This document shows positions 27,498-37,541 of a stretch of DNA of 64,000 nucleotides, in pieces. Within the stretch, counting starts at the first letter, position 1; each line of letters opens with the position of its first letter. The notes below the pieces were generated by a model. It worked only from the letters and a program-made list of their open reading frames with translations, was not told the origin of the DNA and did no database searches. The stretch comes from Tubulanus polymorphus (lineage: Eukaryota; Animalia; Nemertea), in NCBI RefSeq assembly GCF_964204645.1, contig NC_134033.1, forward strand, positions 7,572,655 through 7,636,654, read 5' to 3'. Made by a program: the position numbers and the translations under genes.

Positions 27498-29919
27498 CAT
27501 TGTATTCTCGCGTTATTTTAGTTTTGTCGTAATGTCGCCCTTATTTGCATATTCGTGTTATTTATCTTATCAGCCACCATACTAAAGCTTTAAGGTCGCC
27601 TAAAACTCGATAAACACTTCAAGCGACACAGCGAACGATCTCCTTTCCCCCACAGCGAACGCTTACTCCGAATGTCAAGTGTGAGCCCAGCATACGGATA
27701 GGAGTGTGTTATATACTTGTATTTAGTGAATACCTTGTGGATTTGACAATGATCGGTATGTACTGTAGGAAATATAGAGTATCGATGGTATTGATAAAGA
27801 GGGCCGCGGCCGAATAAAGTAATATGTTCTTTTATTTTGATACCTCGTCGACATAACAGCTTTTCTCCGCTATATCTCTTCGGCGTGTTTAGTTTAGGCC
27901 TACGACTCCCCGGTACACTTATGATTTATCTTAGTAAAAACACGGTAAATTTGGTAAAGAAAAATAGGTATCGCTAAATTAACTGCTTGACGCCCGCAGC
28001 CAAATCACTGGTAGTAATAAATTAATTTGTACTCGATTTGATTCTCAGAATGAGAGAAACTCGCAGCTGATTCCCGGAACGACGATGTAGTGACACACGT
28101 CGATTTGTCGATGTTTACGGCTCGACAGTGCTTTTAAAATCTAAAGTAGTAAATTTCCTGTGTATCAGTAATATAATTTGATGAGGAAAATGGGTTACTG
28201 TTAAAATTAGTTTTTAAAAACCGCGACAGAATGTGCAATCTTTCGGTAATAAATTTGTTAATTTATGCTTGAATTGATAATCGATGTGATAAGAAACGTG
28301 CGGTAGATTTCGGAAAGACGACTTAGAAAAACATGTCGGCTCTTTGAATGGGGCTCAATTTTCGAAGTTTACGGCCCGACAGTGCTTTTGTAACGTTGAT
28401 TCTTCAAAATTCGCACGGAGTATTTGTAGATCGAACTGAGCTGAATGATATCAGACGGATTGTATCGGCAACAGCGGTAATGTAAAAAAGCCTATGTCCT
28501 TTTGACAAAAAATGTGTGGAAAAAAATAATAATAATAATAATAACTATAGCTGCAAAGCAGCGATAACGGGTTTTCTGCACAGTCTTAGAATCCTGTTCA
28601 ACGGTGGATTTCGACGAAGCATTTGATAAGGCACAACATCAGCCATTACTAAACAGGCTATTAGGAAACAGTATCAATGATAGGTCGCCAAAATGGCTCA
28701 GCAGTTATCTCTGAACGAAAACTTGTAGCCGAAATCAACGGAACGCCTCATCTTGGAATAAGTCGGTCAAACTAGTGGAGTCACGCAAGGTAGTATCCTA
28801 AGTTGTCTTCTGTTTAATGTCCTGACAAATGACATACACAGTAATCCAACATATACCACACCGAGTAAATTTCCAAATCGACCTTAACACGCTGTTCGAC
28901 CAAAAAACTTAATGTTCCAACAAGAAAATCTTGTTCGAATGAAAATAATTCTGTTTGATCGAACAATACGCTTTTTGCTTGAACCAAAAATTTTCTTCAT
29001 TCTGACAAAAAATGTGTTCGAATAAAAAGCTATGTTATTGTTGAAATGAAAAATTTTAAGTCCCGGCAAAAAAATTTGGTCGAGCGAAAACAACTTTTTC
29101 GAACGAATGTTTGAATGAAAACAATTCTGTTCGATTGAACGAAATACTTCATACTTTCGGTTTGGAGAAAAAATTTTTTTCAATATACTTGTTCGAACGA
29201 AAAACTTAATGTTCTGACAAGAAAATTCTGTTCAAATTAAAAAAGATTCTGTTCAATTGAACGATTGTTCGAACGAAAAACCTTTCGTTTGGACAAAAAA
29301 AAGTTTGTTCATGTTTGTTCTTACGATTTTTTCAAATTGGTTCAATCGTATAGAATATTATTGGTTCGAACGAAATAAATTTTGTTCCGACGAAAGAATT
29401 TTCAAGCGAAAGGTCTTTTGAACGAAAAAAAAGATATTTCTGGTGCTCCGCAGTAACTTAAAGCCGGATGTAGGTTGGTCTTGTGACACGATGCGATCCT
29501 CGCGTTGCATCGCAAGTTTCAGTGCAAGTCGGTTGCAATACGATTGTGTGCGACTAGTTTCTGCCAGTCGCAAGAGCGCGTCGGTTGGTTGTGACAGTCG
29601 TGTCGCGTCGCAGAAAGTAGAACACGTACGACTCCATGTGACTGGCGTTGCTGAAAGATGAGGACGCCAGTGATATGACGACTGAGTTTCAATTCGTCAA
29701 AACGTCACGTTGTGTCAACATATTTATGTTGACTTGATGCGATATATCGCGATATATCGACATAATTATGGCGACTTGTCGTGTTTGAACGCGACAACTC
29801 GAGGCCCTTTATCGCTTCCGTAGATCTTTCATTAAGTAGGATCACTTGAATGATCGCTTTAATATCACTTTAAAAAAAAAAGAATCTGCCAAAATGACCT
29901 TAATATTCGACACTATATG

Positions 29920-30336
29920 TACAGAAGCGATAAGGGGCCTCGAGATGTCGCGTTCCAACTCGACAAGTCGCCATATTTATGTCGACATACCGCGATATAT
30001 CGCGTCAAGTCGACATGAATATGTCGATATATCGTGACGTTTTGACGACATATTTCGTTTTCTCGACCATTTTCCTCGCGACAAGTCGACATATTCATGA
30101 CGACTTGAAACTCAGTCGTCATATTACTAGCGTCCTCATCTTACATTTAGACATGTCTTCAAATGACAGCTTGTCCCGTGGAAAATGAGCAAAAAAAGCG
30201 AGATTTGTTGTGAAAACGTCACGATATGTAGACATATTCATGTGGACTTGACGCGATATATCGCGATATATCGACATAAATATGGTGACTTGTCGAGTTT
30301 GAACGCGACAACTCGAGGCCCTTTATCGCTTCCGTA
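29920..30336. mobile_element. MITE-like foldback element; partial extra copy at ~29655-29822
   Basis: TIRs TAC(A/G)GAAGCGATAA(G/A)GGGCCTCGAG... of over 100 bp; flanks CTATATG/CTATATC. Confidence 0.6.
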
Positions 30337-30424
30337 CTATATCAGATTAATCGACTTCAAAATAGGCGAAAGCATAAGTCTTTATTACGTTATTAATTGG
30401 CCTAATTATTCAAAAGCTAATAAA

Positions 30425-31775
30425 GTGGGCGACAAAACCAAAAAATTAATTGTCGCTGGCGGTAAAACCAAAATATTGAATTGTCACGGGCGATAAAACC
30501 AAAATAATGAATTGTCGCTGGCGATAAAACCAAAATATTGAATTGTCGCAGGCGATAAAGCCAAAATATTGAATTGTCGCGTGGGACAAAACCAAAACAT
30601 TGAATTGTCGCGGGCGACAAAACCAAACTAATGAATTGTCGCGGGCGATAAAACCAAAATAATGAATTGTCGCGGGCGATAAAACCAAAATAATGAATTG
30701 TCGCTGGTGATAAAACCAAAATATTGAATTGTCGCAGGCGATAAAACCGCGACAAAAAAAAAATTGTCGAGGGCGATAAAACCAAAATAATGAATTGTCG
30801 CAAGCGATAAAACCAAAATAATAAATTGTCGCGGGCGATAAAACCAAAATAATGAATTGTCGCGGGCGACCAAACCAAAAAAAAAAATTGTCGCGGGCGA
30901 CAAAAACAAAATATAAAACCAAAAGAAGAATTGTCGCGGGCGTCAAAACCAAAATAATGAATTGTCGCTGGAGATAAAACCAAAGTAATGAATTGTCGTG
31001 GGAGATAAAACCAAAATATTGAATTGTCGCGGGCGACAAAACCAAACTAATGAATTGTCGCGGGCGACAAAACCAAAATGATGAATTGTCTCGGGCGACA
31101 AAACCAAAATAATGAATTGTCGCGGGCGATAAAACCAAAAAAATGAATTATAGCGGGCGATAAAACCAAAATATTGAATTGTCGCGGGCGATTAAACCAA
31201 AATAATGAATTGTCGCTGGCGACAATACCAATATATTGAATTGTCCCGGGAGATAAAACCAAAATATTGAATTGTCGCGGGCGACAAAACCAAACTAATG
31301 AATTGTCGCGGGCGACAAAACCAAAATGATGAATTGTCTCGGGCGACAAAACCAAAATAATGAATTGTCGCGGGCGATAAAACCAAAAAATGAATTATAG
31401 CGGGCGATAAAACCAAAATATTGAATTGTCGCGGGCGATTAAAACAAAATAATGAATTGTCGCTGGCGACAATACCAATATATTGAATTGTCCCGGGCGA
31501 CAAAACCAAAAAAAAGAATTGTCCCGGGCGACTAAAACAAAATATAAAACCAAAATAATGAATTGTCACGGGCGTCAAAACCAAAATAATGAATTGTCGC
31601 GGGCGATAAAACCAAAATATTGAATTGTCGTGGGCGACAAAACCAAAATATTGATTTGTCGCGGGTGACAAAACCAAATTAATGAATTGTCGCGGGCGAT
31701 AAATTCAAAATAATGAGTTGTCGCGGGCGATAAAACCGAAATAATGAATTGTCGCGGGCGACAAAACCAAAATTA
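30425..31775. repeat. 31-bp satellite array
   Basis: Same consensus as the other arrays. Confidence 0.93.
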
Positions 31776-33114
31776 TTGTTTTGTCGCGTTATTTTAGTTT
31801 TGTCGTTTTGTCATAATATCGCCCTCATTTGCATATACGTGTTTTTTTACGCATGGCCCTTATCAGCCACCATACTAAAGCCTTAAGGTCGCGTAAAACT
31901 CGATAAACACTTCAAGCGACACAGCGAACGATCTCCTTTCACCTTCAGCGAACGCTTAACCTAGTAGAGGCTAGAGGCTACTAGCCTATGTAGGCCTATG
32001 TATATGCGTAGGCCTAACATCCGGACAGATTGGTCGTAGGCCTATTGAATTTAACAACCCACCTAAATATCGTAAATTTTGTTTTGAAGTTCAATCCAAT
32101 GAGTCCGTTAATAAACGCAACAATTGTACTGTGTTTGTTTGATACAGTAAAGCTCAGTACCGGTAGGCCTAAAGCCGCGTCAAACTCGATAAACACTTCA
32201 AGCGACACAGCGAACGATCCCTTTCCCCCACAGCGAACGCTTACTCCGAATGTCAAGTGTGAGTCCAGCATACGGATAGGAGTGTGTTATATACTTGTAT
32301 TTAGTAAATACCTTGTGCATTTGAATATGATCGGTATGTACTGTAGGAAATATAGAGTATTGATGGTATTGATATAGAGGTTGAAGCCCGCGGCCGAAAA
32401 AAGTAATATATTCTTTTATTTTGATACCTCGTCGACATAACAGCTTTTCTCCGCTATATCTCTTCGGCGTGTTTAGTTTAGGCCTACGATTCCCCGGTAC
32501 ACTAAAGATTTATCTTAGTAAATACACGGTTAATTCGGTAAAGAGAAATAGGTATTGTTATACTAACTCCTTGAAACCCGCAGCCAAATCACTGGTAGTA
32601 ATAAATTAATTTGTACTCGATTTGATTCTCATGATGAGGAGAAACTCGCAGCTGATCTCCGGAACGACGATGTAGTAACACACGTCGATTCGTCGATGTT
32701 TACGGCTCGACAGTGCTTTTAAAATCTAAAGTAGTCAATTTCCAGTGTATCGGTAATATGATTTGATGAGGAAAATGGGCTATTGTTAAAATCACTGTTT
32801 GAAGACCGCGACTGAATTTGAAGTCAATAAATTAGTTCATTTATACTTGAATTGATAATCGAAGTGACAGTCGGCCTGCGGGTTGATTTCGGGATGACGA
32901 CTCGAAAAACATGTCGCCCCATTGAATGGGGCTAAATTTTCGATGTTTACGGCCCGACAGCGCTTTTGTAACGATGATTCGTGAAAAAACACGCGGGCTA
33001 TTTGTAGATCTCAGTGAGCTGAACGATATTATATGGATTGTATATGAAACAGCGGTAAGGTAACAAAGCCTATGTTCTTTTGGTAAAAATAGTGTGGAAG
33101 AAAATAATAATAAT

Positions 33115-33281
33115 AATAATCACGCGGATATCAATAGGGTTTTCTGTGAAATAACAGAAAACCCTAATAATAAGAAACACGCGAATCTCAATAGGGTTTT
33201 CTGTGATGTAACAGAAAACCCTAATAATAAGAAACACGCGAATCTCAATAGGGTTTTCTGTGATGTAACAGAAAACCCTAA
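33115..33281. repeat. Three 57-bp units, each carrying the Helentron terminal hairpin
   Basis: CACGCG at 33121, 33178, 33235; AGGGTTTTCTG-N8-CAGAAAACCCT. Confidence 0.85.
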
Positions 33282-33446
33282 TTAATTAAACCTAAACCAA
33301 ATTGTTTTAATTTAAGGCATGTAGAAAAAGAATTAACAGAAGAAGTTAAAGATTTATTTGAAATATATAACCCAACTGACTATGTTTATGATTTATCAAC
33401 AGATGATGGAACATTCAATTCTGGGTTCCCATTAATCCAAAAAAAT
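33282..33446 (+). other. Intein C-terminal part (blocks F and G)
   Basis: Manual translation ...DYVYDLSTDDGTFNSGFPLIQKN then TDS; not shown in the ORF track. Confidence 0.92.
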
Positions 33447-33902
33447 ACTGACAGTTACATACTAAAAATCAAGACAAATGACATAACAAAAGACTTAAAA
33501 ACATTAAAACATCATTTTGATTTTAGCAATTATCCCAAAGATCATGAACTATTTAGCAATGATAATAAAAAGATTCCTGATAAATTTAAAGATGAATTAG
33601 GGGGTGATGAAATGATTGAATTTGTTGGGATAAGAAGTAAAATGTATAGTTACAGAACAAAAGATCATGAAGCTAAAAAGTTAAAAGGAATAACAAAACA
33701 TGTGGTTGATAAACATATAGAATTTCAAGATTATATAAAGTGTTTATATAAATCAATTGTAATGAAACATAAAATGAATTGTTTAAGATCAGAAGATCAC
33801 GAGATGTACATTAATGAAGTTGAAAAAACTAGTTTGAATCCATTTGATGATAAAAGGCGTATTTTAGATGATGGTATAAAAACATTACCTTATGGTTATT
33901 AA
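33447..33902 (+). pseudogene. Polinton A pPolB C-extein
   Basis: TDSYILKIK...KFKDELGG..GIRSKMY...LNPFDDKR, open frame to the stop. Confidence 0.93.
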
Positions 33903-35215
33903 AACATAAAATCAATATCATCATACTCGAAATCACTAGTGGCTTCTTCATTTTCATTTAATTGTTCTTGTATAATTTGTTTAGGTTCTTCCATTTCATT
34001 TTTCTCATTTAAATAAAGTTCTATCTTGTATCACATTTCATCTCGCTCTCTTTGTTTCTTTTTGTTTGTTAATTCGTCAAATGGAATTATAATATCGATG
34101 TTTAAATAATTTACAATCTTATTTAAAAAGAATTCATAATTAATTGAATCTGTTATTCTATTTTCCAAATGATACATTAATATTTGTTTGAATATTTTTT
34201 TTATATTTTCCATATCTTCTTCTGTTAATTTAGGTTTTTCATAATAATAAATATAAATACATTTTCTTTTGTTTTGTGTTAAATGTTGACGGAATAATTG
34301 TTTTTATAATATCTTTTTTAGTTATTTCACCATTTTTATTTTCTATTATTTTCATTTTTTCAAGCCATTGCATATATTCTGGTGTATGATCTTCTATAGA
34401 AAATATTTAAAAAATTTCATCTAGATAATTTAATTTCGGTTCTATGAGAAAATTTCTAGTTTTTTCTTCACCCCATGAATTCTTTTGCCATCCACAATCA
34501 ACACAAAATAACACAGTACCTTCTTGTCTTAAGGTCGCATAACTACATTGTGGACATTTTCGTTTATAATTTATTGGTAATAGATCTTCATTAAGCTCCT
34601 GGTATTTTCTTACGTTTTCTTTATGTTTTATTGTTCTATTATGTAGATTTGAATTACTTGTTGTAATAATCAATTTACAATATTTACAATTATATGTTTT
34701 CTTGTTAATTCATTATATTGTTTTTCTAACTTTTCAACTGTTTCTTTATTATCTGGTAACGTTTTCTCATATTTTATTTTTCCTAATAAATTATTTTTTC
34801 TTTCATTGAATTCAGTTTCAAATTTATTAGAAATTTTATCTATATGTACTTTACGAAATTGATGATTCTCCCAATCTTCTATATTTTCAGGGCTATATTT
34901 TACTCGACAAGGCTCGCAGAAATGATCTTTTATATTATCCTTATCATAGAATAAGAAAGGTCTTTTCCAAATAACTTCAGGTTCAACTTCAGCAGAATTA
35001 CTATTACTTTCATTACTATCAACATTAGCCGTTGCACCATTAATTTTACACTTCTCTGAATGTTTTTTAACATAATTTCTTGAGAATAATTTATTACATT
35101 TTGGGCAGTTTAGTTTAGGGGGTTTATAATTTTCTTCATGTTTTTTCATATGTCGAGCCATATTACTTTTTCTTAGAAGTTCATCACAAATTTCGCATGC
35201 TATCTTCTCATCCAT
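33899..35215 (-). pseudogene. Multi-zinc-finger + poxvirus A2/VLTF3-like late transcription factor, ~435 aa reconstructed
   Basis: Joins ORFs 34670-35215, 34407-34673, 34031-34213 across two frameshifts and two stops; CPQC..CVDCG ribbon, NFLIEPKLNYL, IKKIFKQILMYHLEN, INYEFFLNKI. Confidence 0.75.
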
Positions 35216-35273
35216 TTATTAGGGAAAAAAATTACTTGTGGTGATGAGTGGTAATTTTTTTATGTTATAAATA
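35212..35273. promoter_or_regulatory. Back-to-back putative promoters of the VLTF3-like gene and penton
   Basis: 41 bp identical to the sequence upstream of pPolB (CCACTCATCACCACAAGTAA-T7-CCCTAATAAATG). Confidence 0.6.
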
Positions 35274-36029
35274 ATGGTAGAATTAAAAGAATACAGAATA
35301 TTTGTTGATTCAAGAAGACTTACAAATTATAAATCACATAATTTAATAGTTCAATTAGATAGAGAATTCAAGAATGGTGTTGATTTAAAATTAGTAAATA
35401 TAAGTTTATGTAACTCATTTTACAATATATCGGATAAAAGTTTTGATCATAGATTGTTTATGATTCATGATAAAAATATGGATAAATGGTATCATCTATT
35501 TCTAAGACCAGGATTATATAATTTAGAAACATTATCTCACGAAATTAATAGAAGAGCTCGGTTAAAAGTGGGTGAATCTGTTGGGTTTAACATTAAATTT
35601 AATAAAATTGATAGTACTAATAAAATAAGAATAAAGTTAACTAATGAACAATATAAATTCATAGTAAGAAAACCATTAGCTAAAATGCTAGGAGTTAATC
35701 CAAATAAAGTTTATTCAAATGTTGATACTACGCCAAATATAATACCTTTTACGCACTTCTATATTTATTGTAATTTAATTGATCCTACAAAAACATTCGA
35801 AGCAACTAAAGATACAATTTGTAATTCTAGTATATTAAATATTTTACCATTAAAAAATGTTAAACAATTTGGAACGCAAATAAATTATAATTTAGCTGAA
35901 TGTGATTTTAAACCTTGTATTCCACATTTCAATAATTTTAAATTAGAAATAAGAAATCATAATGGTTATTTAATTGATTTGAATAACTTTCCTGTAATTT
36001 ATGAATTAGTTATAAGATGTAAAGAGTAA
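35274..36029 (+). CDS. Minor capsid protein (penton)
   Basis: 251 aa, beta-rich, N-terminal IFVDS..N..F/L and C-terminal G.LIDLNNFP pattern; Polinton context. Confidence 0.75.
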   Translation: MVELKEYRIFVDSRRLTNYKSHNLIVQLDREFKNGVDLKLVNISLCNSFYNISDKSFDHRLFMIHDKNMDKWYHLFLRPGLYNLETLSHEINRRARLKVGESVGFNIKFNKIDSTNKIRIKLTNEQYKFIVRKPLAKMLGVNPNKVYSNVDTTPNIIPFTHFYIYCNLIDPTKTFEATKDTICNSSILNILPLKNVKQFGTQINYNLAECDFKPCIPHFNNFKLEIRNHNGYLIDLNNFPVIYELVIRCKE

Positions 36030-36045
36030 TTCTTTCACTATATAA

Positions 36046-36399
36046 ATGAATATAACTGTTGGACCGAGTATATGTTTTGGATTTGATTTTAAACGTGAGA
36101 AAGAAATGAAATTTAACATTAATGATGTAATTACACATATCAAAAATATTGCATTTTCTAATGAAACAACATTTGAGTATGAAACAACAATAGACAAAGA
36201 AACTTTAAATGTAGAAAAGATTACTAATTTAATTAGAGAATCTTTAAGATTTTATGAATTAGATGAAGATTTTATCATAGATGATATTAAAAAAATAATA
36301 ATTGAAATATATACAAATGAAACTAGTAATGAAATAAATGTTGAATTAATCATAAATAAGTTAACTAAATATTTTGAAGATAGTAATTTTTTTGATTAA
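36046..36399 (+). CDS. Polinton hypothetical protein
   Basis: Intact; homolog at 47053-47367. Confidence 0.7.
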   Translation: MNITVGPSICFGFDFKREKEMKFNINDVITHIKNIAFSNETTFEYETTIDKETLNVEKITNLIRESLRFYELDEDFIIDDIKKIIIEIYTNETSNEINVELIINKLTKYFEDSNFFD

Positions 36400-36402
36400 T
36401 AA

Positions 36403-36624
36403 ATGAGTGATAATAAGTGGATAATAACTGGATTATATAATGGCGCATTACTATCAGTTGGAACTGTTGGTTATTCAATGGTATTAAAAAAAGTATTTAA
36501 AATGGGAAGTGTTAATGTTGATAGATTTGATATAAATGATATTTTAAAATTAACATTAGCAGTTACTTTATCTAATTTAACTATTGATTATTTGGAAAAA
36601 CAAAAATATATTCCTCCCATATAA
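36403..36624 (+). CDS. Small two-helix hydrophobic protein
   Basis: Two hydrophobic segments; conserved in B. Confidence 0.7.
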   Translation: MSDNKWIITGLYNGALLSVGTVGYSMVLKKVFKMGSVNVDRFDINDILKLTLAVTLSNLTIDYLEKQKYIPPI

Positions 36625-36648
36625 ATGCATAATTTTTTTGCTAAATAA

Positions 36649-37071
36649 ATGGCTTCTGCAATTATAACTATTATAGGATCGGCAATTGTTAACGCTTTAG
36701 CATTTACTGGTGGCGGTTATTTATTTAAGCATATTGATAAAAATAGTTCATTAGGAGAACAAAGAAGACATAACTTAGCATTAGAGAAATACAATAAAGC
36801 AGCGGAAGAATATAGAGAAAAACGACAAAACTATATGGATTATATTAACAAGGAATTATATGATCAGAAGATTTCACATAGAGATTTTCAATCAGTTGAT
36901 GATGCAATGAGTTTAGATAACGCAGTAACCAATAAAGAAAAATTACATAAATACAAACCTAAATTATCAGATTATTATACCCCGAGTAAAGAACAACAGA
37001 AATATGAAATAATTTGGATTTTAGGTGGAACTGTTATTGTTATATTTGTAGCATATAAATTTACTTATTAG
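36649..37071 (+). CDS. Membrane protein (N- and C-terminal hydrophobic helices, central coiled coil)
   Basis: Intact; close homolog at 47613-48035. Confidence 0.78.
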   Translation: MASAIITIIGSAIVNALAFTGGGYLFKHIDKNSSLGEQRRHNLALEKYNKAAEEYREKRQNYMDYINKELYDQKISHRDFQSVDDAMSLDNAVTNKEKLHKYKPKLSDYYTPSKEQQKYEIIWILGGTVIVIFVAYKFTY

Positions 37072-37090
37072 TAATTTTTTTTCTAAATAA

Positions 37091-37525
37091 ATGGAAGATA
37101 AAGTTGATAGTATTGATATTATTCCTCATGATATAAATAAAACTAAATTAAAAATATATTTAGAAAAACAAATATTAGAATTTGAAAGTGACTTAAAGAT
37201 AAAAAAGAAAAAATATTTAAAAAGTAAAATTATATATTATCTTATTATTAGTGGTTCGGTTACAATTAGTTCTGTAATAACATTTCTAGCAATATTCAGT
37301 CCATCAACACCTTTAGCTATATCAATTGGTGTATTAGGATTAAGTTCAAGTGTATTAACTGGTATAAGTTCAAAATTATATATAAAAAGTAATAAAGAAA
37401 AATTTAAAACTAATATCAAAGAAATTAATAAATTGAAGAATACACTAGATTATATAATAAGTTTAAATGGTCATATAACAGTTGAAGAACGAGATAAATT
37501 ATTAAAAGAATTAATAAATTATTAA
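37091..37525 (+). CDS. Two-TM protein
   Basis: IIYYLIISG...AIF and LAISIGVLGL segments; truncated homolog at 48055. Confidence 0.72.
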   Translation: MEDKVDSIDIIPHDINKTKLKIYLEKQILEFESDLKIKKKKYLKSKIIYYLIISGSVTISSVITFLAIFSPSTPLAISIGVLGLSSSVLTGISSKLYIKSNKEKFKTNIKEINKLKNTLDYIISLNGHITVEERDKLLKELINY

Positions 37526-37541
37526 TTTTTTAATTAGATAA

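Larger units (their letters stand above)
20737..33281 (-). mobile_element. Helentron-type non-autonomous composite, two head-to-tail units with nested repeats
   Basis: Minus-strand 5' end TTAGGGTTTTCTG...CAGAAAACCCT hairpin; 3' end CAGAAAACCC + GCTGC hairpin; inserted at AA/TT without TSD; second 3' end at ~28546. Confidence 0.78.

Noticed and set aside
22942-31775. CRISPR array or lac-operator array
   Set aside because: The 31-bp palindromic units abut directly with no unique spacers, there are no cas genes, and the context is eukaryotic.
20737-33281. Natural split intein or giant intron
   Set aside because: The gap has Helentron-type termini, no GT-AG ends and no start for the C-part; it is a disabling insertion.
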